Shown: positions 39,314 through 53,807 of the stretch, piece by piece
How the letters are laid out: the number at the start of each line of letters is the position of its first letter
Numbering within the stretch: the first letter of the stretch is position 1
NCBI GenBank assembly: GCA_951406725.2
Contig: OX597820.1
Location: 87,916,001 to 87,980,000 of the forward strand
DNA from: Octopus vulgaris
Lineage: Eukaryota
DNA length: 64,000 nt
Direction: 5' to 3'
Notes under the pieces: generated by a model
What the model saw: only the letters and a program-made list of their open reading frames with translations
Told to the model about the DNA's origin: nothing
Databases searched by the model: none
Translations under genes and position numbers: made by a program

Positions 39314-39639
39314 AATAATAATAATAATTAGAATTAAATTTTTACCTCAATAAAATCAAATAAATCCAATAATAGAAAAAAATGTTTCACATCAGTACAA
39401 AAATGTTGCTGTACTCGTTCGTTTTGGCAATGGAGTTTTTCAGGAGGACGTTCAAAGCGTTTTAATTGCTCCACCAAAAATGTTATGGGGTGCGCTTGCA
39501 CCCCTTGCATCTCCTGTTCCCAACCTAATTATTGTATGTTTGGTATACAATGATGCCAGTAGCAAAAGTTTCATTACACATCTGTCAGGAATAAACTTTT
39601 GATTGATGGGACCAAATGTGTCCAGATGGGACCCATCCT

Positions 39640-40005
39640 TAAGAAATTCTATGCTTATAAGCCTCGCTTTTAACGAGCTCTTCGTTGAGAATACTTTAAG
39701 TGTTTGAATCTATGAACTGATTCTACGACTGCTTTGAAAAAACATCTTTTTGTGCTGTCTGGAAGGAGGACTTCCGTATAATTCTGACTCTGTCCAGGGC
39801 ATTCCATGCTTTTTCAGTTCTTTCCTGTGTGTCATTTCTGTTGAAGCAATATTACTCCCCAGGTAGCTGAAGTCACCAACCATCTTCAGATAGTTGCCAT
39901 TCAGAGCACAAATACCACCTGTTACGTTGTAGTTCATGTATTGAGTCTTACCAGGATTGACATATAGTCCTATTTGTGCAGCTGCAGTCTCGAATGAATA
40001 TAGCA
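39640..40005 (-). mobile_element. Decayed RTE-like LINE RT fragment
   Basis: AAAQIGLYVNPGKTQYM...VGDFSYLGSNIAST followed by frameshifts. Confidence 0.75.
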
Positions 40006-40338
40006 TGAACTTATTGAATCAGTGGTGATATCATTAGATTCTGAGTGGATGAACAGTTAACAAACTGTTAATGGCCAGGCTCAACCGATTCATTTCGCGA
40101 ACTACTGCTATCATCTGTGTTTGTGTACATACATATGTATATATATATATATATATATATAGTACAAAGTGAGATAGGGGTTATGAGTGTAACCCACTAT
40201 GGTATATCATTTATCCAATATACTGCCAGTAAAGTACCCAGAAGGCTAATACATAAATGCTAAGAATTACAATGCAATTAATTCATTTATTGTATTATAT
40301 GGGCGAAGGTAAAATGTTTTACCTCAAATTCATAATAC

Positions 40339-40667
40339 AAAATAAGAAAATGGAGGAATAGATTTCTTTCAATCATCAGCTTCTAGATAATACCAATTCA
40401 TATAATTTATTAACTAATTATTTAGATTAAATAGGAACATCCAAATCCAACAGAATAAGACAGAATAAAACAATATACATCAATAAGTAAGATAATACCA
40501 TATTATTCTTATGGTATTATCTTACTTATTGATGTATATTGTTTTATTCTGTCTTATTCTGTTGGATTTGGATGTTCCTATTTGATCTAAATAATTAGTT
40601 AATAAATTATATGAATTGGTATTATCTAGAAGCTGATGATTGAAAGAAATCTATTCCTCCATTTTCT

Positions 40668-40673
<6 letters not shown>
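40339..40673. repeat. Near-perfect palindrome, 164-bp arms with 7-nt spacer
   Basis: 40339-40502 is the reverse complement of 40510-40673 with one mismatch seen; lies in a segment bounded by (TA)n at about 40140 and 40675. Confidence 0.92.
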
Positions 40674-40749
<76 letters not shown>

Positions 40750-42299
40750 CAGACAGACACACACACACAGACAGAGAGACATATATATGCGTGTATATAT
40801 TCACATACTTTTACAAATACCTGTTCACAATTCGAACGCCAAGCATTATTACACATAAGTGAATCATTGTAAACTGATATGCCTTACTTTAAAATGAAAT
40901 TAAATTCTCGTTTATGCAAAACCCTGACAGCTTTCAAATTATGTATCTTCGTCATATCTCACATCAAAATCTTTAAAGCCAGCACATGGGTACATTACTT
41001 CCTGATGTATAATATAATGGAAAGAAAAGTGGAGAATGTTCAACAACTTTTGTCAAATGCTTTACAAAACAACTCTACAGGACTGTTTTTCACGAAACGT
41101 TTTATCAGTACTGCAGTTTATGTCTTACCCTGGCGTATTTTGAAGTAAATTCTCTACCTTAGAATATCCATGAACGCATCATGGAATGATACCTAAATGA
41201 GCTGATGCAATATCGATGTTGTAGGTAATTAAATATTCCTAAATAAAGTTGCAGGTAATTAAATATTCCTAACTTTGATTTTCAATGTTTGCATTTTATT
41301 TACACAAATCTGTATTTAACAGCATTTTTGCTTATTACCAACCCATCCAGCATGCTGCATAATAGCGCCCTTATAATTTGCCAAAGAAAATAAAACAAAA
41401 ACAAACCATAACGGTGCTTTATCAAACAAAAGCTTTTTTTTTTTTTTTTTTTTGCTAAACTTATCATTTAGTGATTTTCTACAATCAACAAAAGCATAGG
41501 AAATGCTAAAATGTTCAGTTTCTTAATGGGTAAGTCTTGCCATGAATTTTGATACATTCTCTGAGTGGGAGTGTTTCTGCTATAAGTTGAATATTGTTCG
41601 TAAACTTCATTTTTTTTTCTTTGCCTGTTGGGGCTGCATGGTGTTTAATAATCCAGATGCCTTTTTAACATTCCAGTTTCTACTCACACCTAGTTCCTCA
41701 CACAATCCTTTTCTGTTGTACGCACAAGGCTTGAAATTCTTGGAGAGGGGATTAGTCGATTACATCGACCCCCGTTGCTTAACTAGTACTTATATTATCG
41801 GCGCCAAAAAGATGGAAGGCAAAGTCAACCTTGGCGGTATTTGAACTCAGAAAGTAAAATCGGAAAAAATGCTGCTGAGCATTTCGTCTGGCGTGCTAAC
41901 GATTTAGCCAGCTCGCCGCCATTAGCTCCTCGCCATTTATCACTATCATCAACAGCGCCATATTGTTAACTCTACCAATCTTAAAAATATACTCTCAATT
42001 TTTTTGACAATTTTTTTCTTATTAGCAGTCTATGCCATTGTGATTGGATTCAAAAATAGGAATGAGTAACAGAGAGATGGAGATGGAGAGAGAGAGGGGG
42101 AGGGAGAGAGAGCGGTTGTGGGGACTAACATCATGCATACATTGTTATACTTGTTAACTTACACGAGTGGCTAATGTTGAATTCTTAATTTTTAAGAGAC
42201 TCCTAATTAATAAACAGTGCTAGTGCATGCATATACAGTTGCGTGCGTGCGCACATACACGCGAGTACTGTCCAAATTTCCGACCAATCACATACAGGT

Positions 42300-42545
42300 A
42301 GCTGGCATTCAATTGGCATATCAAGTTTCGGGCATTTTGATTGGGTTTTGGATAGAAAATTCACAGAAAGTCACTTCTGTTGATTTTTAATGGCTTTGCG
42401 GGGTGACTGGGAAATATAAAGATGTGCACGACTACCCTTGGACGGTTTTCAATGACCATAGAAAGTGCGAGGCCTCTAACTGAAAAATTGTGGATTTGTA
42501 TAAAGGACACGCACACAGACATTTTGCTGTTTATATATAGAGAGA
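42300..42545 (-). mobile_element. Helitron-like 5' fragment
   Basis: Minus strand A|TCTCTCTATATATAAACAGCAAAATGTCTGTGTG; no 3' hairpin or CTAG seen. Confidence 0.45.
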
Positions 42546-42898
42546 TAGAGATCATTGTAAAAATACTATATTTCGATACTAATATGTTAAACTGAACATG
42601 GTAACGCAGGGAATGTTTTTCTCAAAATCTATCAGGGGTCATCTAAAATCCTGAGAAATATCACTGCTTACCCTCGTGCCAAGGTTTACTATCTCTAACT
42701 TGCCTGTTGGCACATCCATCCATCCATCCATCCATACATACATCCATCCATCCATACATACATACATACATACGTACGTACGTACATACATACATACATA
42801 CACATATACATACATACATACATACGTACATACGTACATACGTACATACGTACATACATAAATACATACATACATACATACATACATACATACATACA

Positions 42899-42929
<31 letters not shown>

Positions 42930-43047
42930 GTCATTGAAGACTTCTTTTGGTATTTTGTCCCGTACTTGTCTCTCATTATGTGTTTGCGTATTTTTCACTC
43001 GTTGGTGGTGTCCTGCTTTTATTGTATTTTATATTTACACACACACA

Positions 43048-43124
<77 letters not shown>

Positions 43125-43272
43125 TAATATTTCGTTTAGGCGATGCGAGATTAATAACCTGGTGTAGAACTCAATGTAAATATGCTTCAAAACGAAGTGT
43201 TAGACGAGTATAGAGCAGCAATAAGAAAATGTGATGACAAAGAAATGAATGATTATTTTATGAACTTCATTA

Positions 43273-43350
43273 GCTTACAGCTGTTTCGCTATAAGATGCA
43301 ATGGATTCATAGTTGAGTCCCTGAATAACACCTTATAGCTTCATCGAAGC
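43273..43350 (-). ncRNA. Degenerate hammerhead-like motif with long stem II
   Basis: GCU UCGAUGA A GCUAUAAGGUG...CAUCUUAUAGC GAAA CAGCUG UA AGC; first two core bases differ from CUGAUGA. Confidence 0.5.
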
Positions 43351-44037
43351 CTCGGATATATGAGGTGTTATTCAGGTACTCAGCTATGAGTTCACTGCAT
43401 TTTACAGCAAAAGAGTTGAGTGAGCTTGTGAAGTTCTCAAGACAATCATATATACACCCACACGCACGCACATATCGGGTATGATTCGAGAGGTTTTTGC
43501 CTGCTATTTCTAGCATATCTAGTCATGAAGTAGCGCTTTCCTCGGTAGTTTATACATTTTATTTATGTTTACATAAGACTGTGGGATATGATTCAAGAAA
43601 TGTTTAGCTGCTATTTTCAAGTCGAACGAACGTGTAAGCTGCTTCCTCCTTGACTCATTTAACGTGCAATGAAAATCTTGGTAAAATATACAAGCACAGT
43701 TCTCTAATATATTTCAACGGTCGTTATGTAAACAACTTTAATTAAATATCTCTTAGTATACTAAGCATTAAAAAACAAATAAACCGAGTAATATAAATGG
43801 ACCTAGGTGAATTATCTCACCATTTCAGTGTAATTTCTTAGAAAGTTTACCTGTTACTTCTTTTTCTATATTTCTTGTTTATTTATCTTCTGGAGATGTT
43901 ATACCTTTTACTTACACAATTCCGATGTAGTTTTAAATTATTCTAAAATCTAAACAAATAATTTCGGCGATCCTTCGTGCTATGTATATATAATAGTCGA
44001 CAAAGAAAGAAAAGAAAAGAAAAAAAGAAAGAAAAAA

Positions 44038-44069
<32 letters not shown>

Positions 44070-44511
44070 AAACCAAACTATTACACTGTTACTAAAATTT
44101 CCACTTTATAGATGCCAACGACGCAACGTTATATACGGGTGCAATAGGACAGATATGGAGTTTCGCCTATAAGTAGATACGGCGCCAGGCTTGGAAGCTT
44201 AGACAATCTCTTCTCGACTTATTTCCCAAGTGTTTACCTGGCGTCATTTTCTCAAAGATAACCTATGAGTGATCTTACCATGGAATGAAAACTGTGACTT
44301 TCTCTGTGATAGCTTTTAGGAGTTATATTTCTTTGTTTTTGTTGTCTGTCACTATAGGTATATACAACGAAAAACTGTCATATTTTCTAATGTTGGTTCA
44401 AGAACAGAGAAGCCGTTTCTGTTATTACTTGGTGTAGAGGAAGAGGAGGTGAACGACTTAATTCGTCTACCTTTTTAAATTTCAGTACTACCTCCACCCA
44501 TACCTCTAGTT

Positions 44512-44775
44512 CAGTGGTTCTCAACAGAGGTCGATTTTATCCTTGAGGGGTGGGGTGCCATATAAGATTTTGTTGCTAAACTGTATGTGCAATAAATTGC
44601 TTATATTTTTACGATACACAAAATATCTTAACAATTTTTAAATATATAATTTCTAACTATATTTCATTATAAAAATACAATAGGATATTCTAAAACATGG
44701 AATGGCTATGAAAGTTCACCCGACTAAAACGGGAATCAAAAGATCCATAACAAAAAAAAAAGTTAAGAAACATAG
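44512..44775. mobile_element. Old hAT (Charlie-like) MITE
   Basis: CAGTGGTTCTCAAC start, degenerate GTTAAGAAACATAG end; decayed 8-bp flanks CTCTAGTT / CTTTAGCG. Confidence 0.5.
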
Positions 44776-44952
44776 CTTTAGCGGTGTCCATTCAGCTGCA
44801 AGTTTCAACCCTGAATCCAAATAAAGAGATCTGTGATAGAGAGGGAGGAAGGTGGAAAAGGAGAACACCTCAAGATGAAAGGTTCATTCAAAAGGGGCGG
44901 TGGATCTTCTCGAAGCAGACAACATAACCAATGCACAATCAGTACCCCGACC

Positions 44953-45386
44953 AAGGCGGTGAGCTGGCAGAAACGTTAGCACACCGGGCGAGAGTGCTTA
45001 GCGGTATTTCGTTTGCCGCTACGTTCTGAGTTCAAATTCCGCCGAGGTCGACTTTGCCTTTCATTCTTTCGGGATCGATATAAATTAAGTACCAGTTACG
45101 CAGTGGGGTCGATGTAATCGACTTAATCCGTTTGTCTGTCCCTGTTTGTCCCCTCTATGTTTAGCATCTTGTGAGCAATAAAGAAATAAGAAACGTTACC
45201 ACGCCGGGCGAAATGGTTAGCGGTATTTCGCCTGTCTTTACGTTCTGACTTCAAATTCCGCCGAGGTCGACTTTGCCTTTCATCCTTTCGGGATCGATAA
45301 ATTAAGTACCAGTTGTGTACTAGAGTCGATCTAATCGACTGGCCCCCTCCCCCGAAATTTCGGGCCTTGTGCCTAGAATAGAAAAG
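44953..45386 (+). mobile_element. SINE family A dimer
   Basis: Two tandem A units with different tails inside one exact 16-bp TSD AATCAGTACCCCGACC (44937-44952, 45387-45402). Confidence 0.88.
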
Positions 45387-45914
45387 AATCAGTACCCCGA
45401 CCGTAACAAAAACAAAAACATCAGCATGAATAACAAGAACAACAACATGAACGAAAACCTCAAATACAACAACAATCGCAATCACAGAAAGAAAGAGAAA
45501 ACAGAAAAAGAAAAAAGAAAAAAAAATCTGATCAGATCAACAGCGAAATCGAAACAGGGCGGAAGAAAACTTCATTAACGTCATCATAGTTCGAAAGAGC
45601 AACATCTAATAGATGGAAGAAGTTATCAAAAGAGTAAAAAGCAAAACAAAACTAAAAACATTACTATTAGTTGGGGAAGCTTCCAGTAGTATCTCTTCAA
45701 AACTGCTAAAGATAGTCTTATAACTATCTGGGTATACAAATGATTAAAAGAAAACATTCAATTTACTGATGGGCTTTTTAGGAAGTGCCCGGTAGACATG
45801 TTTTGCAAAGGCCTTTTAAAACTTCCGACTTAATCAACGACGCGGTTGAATCAGACGACTTCATTGAGGAACAAGGCGAATGACCTCTCAAAATCTTCTT
45901 TTCTTCTCATTCTG

Positions 45915-46600
45915 AGAACAAACATTGGGTGTATAAATGCGCGTGATCTAAAATCAGCTTGGAAGCAAGGCTACTTGCTCAATGACCTCAGATAACAGGA
46001 AATAGATGTGGTAGCTATCAGTGAGACCAAGATCTCTGGAGTGCATGCACTCGTGCCTATTTTCAAAGATTATGAGATATCTCGTTGCCCGTCAAATTCG
46101 GACGACTAGGTGGCAGTATTACTCATGATATGAGCAAACTTTCAGGACCCAGACGGTAAGTCTATGGTCTCAGAACAACAGTGTTACCTTTAGATTAGTG
46201 GTTGTCTATACACTGAAAGAGACAAAATGACAAGATTTCTTCAGACGTCTAGAAACTTCTCCCAAGACGACCCAGCCACTATTACAATTGAGAGAACGGA
46301 ACAATATTTCAGGAACAGTGAGAGAATGTGTAGGATTAGCGCAGATTATAAACCACGAAAAAATTTCGAACACCTCCTCAGAAGTTTGTAACTGTCTAAC
46401 AAGTACCCATTGGGAAATACGCTGGATTTCCCAATGTGGATATGAAACAACTATATCAGGTGATCCAGATCATGTTTAAATAGACTACTTTTTAGGCTAG
46501 TGTTCAGAGACAGCATAAGACCTCCACAGGTCAAACTGGTCGGATTTATGACCCACAAATTTGTTATCTGCTCAGTCGACTAAGCTACGATCCGTAGACA
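45915..46600 (+). mobile_element. Decayed apurinic-type endonuclease domain of an L1/Tx1-like LINE
   Basis: From 45921: NIGCINARDLKSAWKQGYLLNDLR*QEIDVVAISETK (APE motifs I-II), later DPDGK and FRLVVVY; stops and frameshifts present. Confidence 0.7.
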
Positions 46601-46799
46601 GGGACCGGGTTACTGGTCGTTGGGTGTGTCCTAATCGGTGCAAAATACTGCAGGGACCGAAGTGGGCGATTAGATCAGCGTGTAGAAAAGAGCTAACGTT
46701 GGAGAGAAATAGGTAGTAGTGGCGGGGGGAACTAGCTAGTAACATAGAAAAGGCTGCGACCGATGAGCTAGCGTCAAGATCATCATCATCATCATCATA

Positions 46800-47176
46800 G
46801 TTAGAGTTTTCTTCAGGTTGAGTAGCCCATGCCACTCAAAGAGTCCTTGAATAATGGTTGTTTAAGGATGTTGAACCAAACACCCATGTTTCCAGAGATG
46901 AATCATCGAAACCTCTACGGAATTCCTCTCAACACACGGCTATGATGCTCCCTACTACTTCTGCTCGTGATCAGAGATGCACATGTCGTTAACCACTAAG
47001 GAACATGCTGAACTGGTTAAGGTCAAACAACTGACAAGCAAATCTGTGGTATTGAGCAGAATATTTGCTGTAGCTCATCTTTTATACCAAGACAAAACAA
47101 TAAACATGAAAACACTTCCAATCAGTTAAGATCAGAAGCCACATGAGCTACTGCTTTGGTACTGCATCAGGGCAGG
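46800..47176 (-). mobile_element. Copy of the same retroposon lacking its 3' end
   Basis: Reverse complement of about 38783-39135, sharing the 5' start TGCCCTGATGCAGTACC. Confidence 0.7.
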
Positions 47177-47813
47177 CACTCCGTCGGTTACGACGACGAG
47201 AGTTCCAGTTGATCCGGGACAGCCTGCTCGCGAAATTAACGTGCAAGTGGCTGAGCACTCCACAGACACGCGTATCCTCAACGTAGTTCTCGGTCCTTTG
47301 AAATACAGGTACGACAGAAAAAAAGAGTGAGAGAAAGCTGTGGTGAAAGAGCACAGCAGGGCTTGCCACCACCCCTTGCCGGAGCTTTAGGTGTTTTCGC
47401 TCAATAAACACTCATAACGTCCGGTCTGGGAATCGAAACCGCGATCCAACGACCGCGAGTCCGCTGCCCTAACCACTGGGCCATGGCGCCTCCACATAGA
47501 AGCACTCCATCGGTTACGACGACAAGGGTCCCAGCTGATACGATCACTGGAACATCTTGCTCGTGAAATTAACATGCAAGTGGCTGAGAACCCCTCAGAC
47601 ACATGTACCCTTAAGGTAGTTTTCAGGGATATTCAGCGTGATACAAAGTGTGACAAGGCCAGCCCACTAATCTTTGCCGGCTGAGTGGACTGGAGCAACG
47701 TGAAATAAAGTTTCTTGCTCAAGGACACGACGCGTTGCCGGGAATTGAACTCACGGACATACGATCGTGAGCCGAATACCCTGACCACTAAGCCACGCGC
47801 CTTCAATAGATAC

Positions 47814-47844
<31 letters not shown>

Positions 47845-47855
47845 GGTGTGTGTTA

Positions 47856-47886
<31 letters not shown>

Positions 47887-48999
47887 TGTATGTGTGTGTA
47901 TGTATGTGTGTATGTATGTATGTATATAAACGTCCACACTTTGCATATTTGTAATTGTAGACTTTAATATAATTCTGAAGTGTAGCCTCAGTTGCATCTC
48001 TGTTTTTCTGGTTATTTATAAACATAAAACTATTAGATAAACTCTTCCTGTTCTTCTAGTACAGTTTCTTTTCTGTCTGCGTTTAAATAAGACATCCTTT
48101 GTGGTAACACATTAGAAGATATCAACCTCTCGCAGAACATTTGAAGCTGGGAAATATATATCAGCCAAAAGATAACTTGTTTTTGTTATATAATTATACG
48201 AGAAAAGCAAAAAAAAAAATAAATAAATAAAAAAATTGATGGAGAAACAAAATCTAAAATGAATTTAATAAACTTTGAAATCTGTGACATAGTTCATAAA
48301 ATAAGATGGAGAGCAAAAAAATAATGGAGTGGGTGTCGTATTCTCAAAACAAATGAAAAGATTGCTTTAGTGGCATGTTATCTTAAACATCTTGAAATAA
48401 TAAGGCTTTGTTGATCATATCTTGATAAGAAGGTAACTTGATAAATCTAGTTATGACATTTATCAAATGTCTATTAATTTGTTGTGTTATGTAAGTTACC
48501 ACATACATACACATATACATGCATATATATACACACACACACATTCATGCACATACATTCATACACACACATAGCATACGTACTACATACACACACGCAC
48601 TCTCTCGCGCACACACACACATACACATATGAAGACTGGCAATCAATAGAGTTTTCTACTCCAGCATCTTATTAATTATATTGTTTCCTTTTCTCTTTCA
48701 TATAAGTCAAAATAAAATTTGACCACATTTTTCTTATGTTTATTCAGTTGACTCAGATGTTTCTTACGCATTTCAATTGATACAGATCCCCTTTATAAGA
48801 GTTCCTTATTCCCTTATCAGCAAAGTACAAGGTCCTTTTGGGCCCTAGTCATTTGACTGACTCAAACTTTAATCATCACACACATTCGAGATATAGTGTT
48901 CTCCTTCTTCTTTAATTTCATTCCTATCTAAGATGCATCATAGGTGTATTAAAAACCCAGTGCTTTTTTAAAAATTACTTGCTGGGTGTGAAAGTAGGT

Positions 49000-49370
49000 T
49001 AGTGGTCAGGGTTTTAGCAGGCTTTCTGAGACCAGTAAGATTGATGCCATCAATGTTCCTCTTGAATCAGCACTCGCGTGAAGGGCATTTGCAGGAAAGC
49101 AATTCCAGAATGCCGACAAGAAGGACTGCGCTTGATGGTTAGAGTGAAGCCGGGAGAAAGGAATACAGCAAGGGTGGTGAGTGGGAAAGAGACACGAATG
49201 TCTGGATGAAGGCGTCATGAGCCCAGCTAGCTCCAAGGGGCAGAAGCCATAATGGAAGCGGTGGAAAAAGAGTACAGAAAGGAGACAGCACGCCTACAGG
49301 CCAAAGACTGGAGTGTTTGTGGGTGACCTTACGGTAATCAGTCGGATGGCCCTTTTCTGGCTGCGGTCTA
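49000..49370 (-). mobile_element. Decayed CR1/Jockey-group LINE 3' fragment
   Basis: ...FHRFHYGFCPLELAGLM...SFL...FWNCFP resembles the conserved ORF2 C-terminus of this group. Confidence 0.6.
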
Positions 49371-49809
49371 AGATGTGTGTATGAGTGCGTGCGTGCTTGT
49401 ATGTGTGTATGTGTGTGTATGCTCGCGCGTGCAGTAACACTTGCCTGGAACTTTAGTTTATCAATTCCGGAGGGATGAAAGGTAAAATCTTGTACTACAA
49501 TTCCATTCTTATCTAGGACCCTTTACATCCGCCTAACCCTGGGGATAATTACTCACACAGCGATAGTATTTACCAATTGATGACCATCCACCCTCTAATT
49601 ATAATCATCTATCTGCTAATGGTGATAACTATCACGAAAATCCTTAAGCATGTTAAAATATACCAAATACAATACTTATAATATTTTTTGCTGTAGTTTA
49701 GTCTAAAGTTGATCTTGATCGAGAACACGAAGAGTCAACGGCATTCCAACTGCGACCATCCATACGTTATTTTCCTCGAGTAACGTACCTAGAACTATAT
49801 TATCTAATA

Positions 49810-50225
49810 TACTTTTCTACTCTTGGCACAAGGCCCGAAAATTTGGGGGAGGGGGCCAGTCGATTAGATCGACCCCAGTACGCAACTGGTACTTAATTTA
49901 TCGACCCCGGAAGAATGAAAGGCAAAGTCGACCTCGGCGGAATTTGAACTCAGAACGTAGCGGCAGACGAAATACCGCTAAGCATTTCTTATTTCTTTAC
50001 TACCCACAAGGGGCTAAACATAGAGGGGACAAAGAAGGACAGACAAAGGAATTAAGTCGATTACATCGACCCCAGTGCGTAACTGGTACTTAATTTATCG
50101 ACCCCGAAAGGATGAAAGGCAAAGTCAATCTCGGGGGAATTTGAACTCAGAACGTACAGATAGACGAAACACCGTTAAGCATTTCGCCGGGCGTGCTAAC
50201 TTTTCTGCCAGGTCGCCACTTTTAC
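49810..50225 (-). mobile_element. SINE family A dimer
   Basis: Same two-tail order on the minus strand; TSD ATTATCTAATA (49799-49809, 50226-50236). Confidence 0.8.
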
Positions 50226-51170
50226 ATTATCTAATAAAATCCGCTCCAAGAACGAAGAGTGTGATTTGAGGTAGAGTTGGTTAATATTTCTTGCAAATCA
50301 AGCGTCCACGTAGAAGAGGAGTAATTAAGGCACTTCTACGTGGTCATTCGACCCGATTGAAATGATAGCCAAGTCTCGCTCAAATCACTGCTTTGAATAA
50401 TATGGATGTGGGTCCACTGCTTATGAGAAACAGAGGGAACAGTTAAGGCAGGAATACATTGATTCACTGCTCAATGGAAATCCGACCTGAGGTTAAACAA
50501 CAACAACAACAACACTACACCATGCACAGGTTTTCCACGTAGAAGCATTTTCAAACGTTGTCTGGAAACTAGCTTGTTTTATGAGTTTGCTAACGTGAAA
50601 TTTACGAATTGACATACACATATATATCTATCCGATGAAAGATAATACAGAGAGAAGAGGAGAGGAATTGAATACGAAGCTCGTAAAATATAGCAACACA
50701 ACAGATGCCAGCTGGCATGAATTGTGAAAGAAATAAACACTAAGGTTTGTAAAGACCGGGGGATTGGGTGGCTGTAAGCCAATAATATATATGGCTGAAA
50801 GTAGAATGAATCATTAGACCAACCGCTAAGGGTACAGTGTAGTGGAAAAGATGTTGAGCAGCAAATGTCGGCAATAAAATAGAAACATGTCTGGAGTTAT
50901 CTCCCGTACCTGCCTGCTCCATGTATTCAAAAGTTACACTTTCAACGATTTTAACTATGAAACGAAATAATAGACATTTCGCTATGTTACTTGCTTCAGT
51001 TATTGGACTTCGGTCTTAGTCGAACAAATCAACGTCACAACATTTTTTTGTTTGTTTTAAGCTTGGTACTTATTCTATCGGTCTCTTATACCAAATCTAT
51101 AACTTAGGGGGACGTAAACAAACTAACACCCCTTGATAAGTGAGGGTTGTAGAAAACAAAAGATGCCCCT

Positions 51171-51207
<37 letters not shown>

Positions 51208-52588
51208 ATAAATGGCGAGCTTCTTTCAGTTTTCGTCGGATAAGACATTGTTATGGATATCTATAAAGGGGAATCAGAACATTAAAAAAAATTGGAATTT
51301 TTACTAATCTCGCAAGTTAAAACAATATTTGTCAATGGCAAATATTATTTCTCTGTACATAATCATGAACACTTTACCTGCCTTTTATTGCAATAGAAAC
51401 CGGATGCAAAGATCATTTCGTTCTGCGAATAGTCTCTTACCCACCTGTACGTTGGTTGAATCACGCTGTGTAACAAAATTTTCATATATTTATTTGGTGG
51501 GTGGGGTCTTCAATCAGTAAGTATTATTTCTTATTTGTTTCTATCTAAAAATCAAAGGAAATGGCTGCTATTTCCTTTTGATGTTTTGAAACTTATTTTC
51601 CATTACATTTCAGACAGATTCGGCGCTGAGTTGCTGAAACAGAAATATCATTAGAACAATTATTCTACTCAATACCATAGATTTGCTTGTCAGTTGCTTG
51701 ACCTTAACCAGTTGAGCGTGTCTCTTAGTGGCTGACAATATGTGCATCTCTGATCACTGATCATGAGCAGGAGTAGTAGGGGAGCATCATAGTCATGTGT
51801 TGAGAAGAATTCTTTGGGGGTTTGAATAAATGTAACAATAGCAAAGTTTGAAGGAAATATTAGCAATTTTCCATACTTTCTGGACGGTAAGCAAATAGGA
51901 AATAACAGTCGCTAACCAGGAACAAAAATACCGCCACACATTGTTATTATTGGTATAGTCAAATGGCCCTTCCCAAAAAGTTAATTAGCTTGTATAGTCC
52001 CTGTGAATCCATTGGAACAACACTGCTACTCTCTGCCACTTCTTTCTCTACAGCTCATTATTTGTGCAGGATTATTACGCAGGATCATTTTTTGGACAAT
52101 TTATTTTTCACTTTTTTACGACTAAACTCCATGTTAACCCAATTATTTCTAGTTACTTCTTTACTGCTCCATGTGAATGAAATATGTTAAAACTAATTTA
52201 ACTACCGTTTCTCTGAGAGTGACTTTATATAATATATAATCTGAACAAGAGTATCATGAATATAATATGAACGAAGAAACATTTGTAAATAGATTTGTTG
52301 TGTTTATTCTTGTCAGCACTCAATGAATATCATAGCATTGTGTTGCATCTACCCACCAAACTATTTGTTCGTGACTCAAACGTTAATTAATCTTATATAA
52401 TAACAGTAATGTAAATAATTGTACAAAAAGCATCCATTTTTTTTTTTGCGGGATAGTCAAAGGAGGAAGAGCAGCACCAATAGAGCTGTTGAGGATTTCC
52501 GTTATTGCCTTAATTTTAAATCCAAATGTTTCCTTTGCAAGTAAAGTGTACATCAACAAACAGGATCATTTATTAAAAGATACATAAC

Positions 52589-52945
52589 TTGCTTTACAGA
52601 GAGAAATTATCCGTCACGTTATACAATTCTACAACCATATATATAGGATCAACTATGAATTTTAAACAACGATACGCTGTGCATCTCAATTCTTTTAGAT
52701 ACAAGAAACACAGTAAATCCACAACACTCACCAGTCACATACATCGTCTCAAAAATAGAAATATTCCCACATCTTGTCGTGGTCCATAATAGATTCCGAG
52801 CTTCCATACCAAGGTCAACGCTCAGCTTGTAAGTTGTGCCTAAAAGAGGCATTCCACATATTAAAACACAACTCCTCAATACTACTAAATAAATATAATG
52901 AGGCCCTAGGGACATGGAACCACCGCTTTTTTCATACCTTCAAAT
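52589..52945 (+). mobile_element. Penelope-like element GIY-YIG endonuclease remnant (frameshifted)
   Basis: YIGSTMNFKQRYAVHLNSF...STTLTSHIHRLK then WSII...PY...CKLCLKEAFHI...LLNKYNE...NHR matches the PLE C-terminal GIY-YIG pattern with the CxLC motif. Confidence 0.85.
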
Positions 52946-53807
52946 TTTACCACAAATCTAAATGCAACCTAAATAACCACACAGCACATATCCCGAACAA
53001 CCCGTAAGTAATCGCCAACAACCCTGTTTGAGTTTCCATTAATTTTTTGATTCTCCAATCTTGTTTTAATTGTTTAATGCTACATATATGGACATGTATA
53101 TGTGTACGTATTCGGATGTGTGTGTATGTATGTATGTATGTATGTATGTATGTATGTATGTATGTATGTATGTATGTATGTATGTATGTATATAAGTATG
53201 TATGTATGTATGTATGTATGTATGTATGTATGCATGTATGTGTATATATATATATATAGAGATAGATATAGATATAGATATATATGCGTATGCATGCATG
53301 CGTACGGGTTTAAATGCACAAGTATGCAGGCCTATATAGTAGTGCATGCACGCAGACATGTGTACATGTGTGCGCGCATGCATATATCGATATACACTTT
53401 TTTGTTTCTCTCTGATTCCTCAACTCACACTATCACATTAGCCAGTAGAGTAAACACATAAGTCTATTTATAGAAACTTGACCAATCTTAGTATCTTCCC
53501 TTCCGTTTTGAAGTTACTACTAACTTTAGAAACCCCCTCCTACACCTTACCCCCACCACCGCTTGATAACTGGTGTTAGTGTGTTTACGTCCCCGTAACA
53601 AGGCGGTTCGGCAAAAGAAGCTGATAGAAGTATCAGGTTTTGCAAATTTAAGTACTGGGATCGATTCATTCGACTAAAAATTTTTCATGATGGTGCCCCA
53701 TCGTGGCTGCAGTTTAATAACTGAAGCAATTAAAACATGAATAATAAAAGATGTTAAATAAAAGGCACGCCAAGTAAATTACTGAGCAGTATTTTATCCT
53801 TCTGAGG

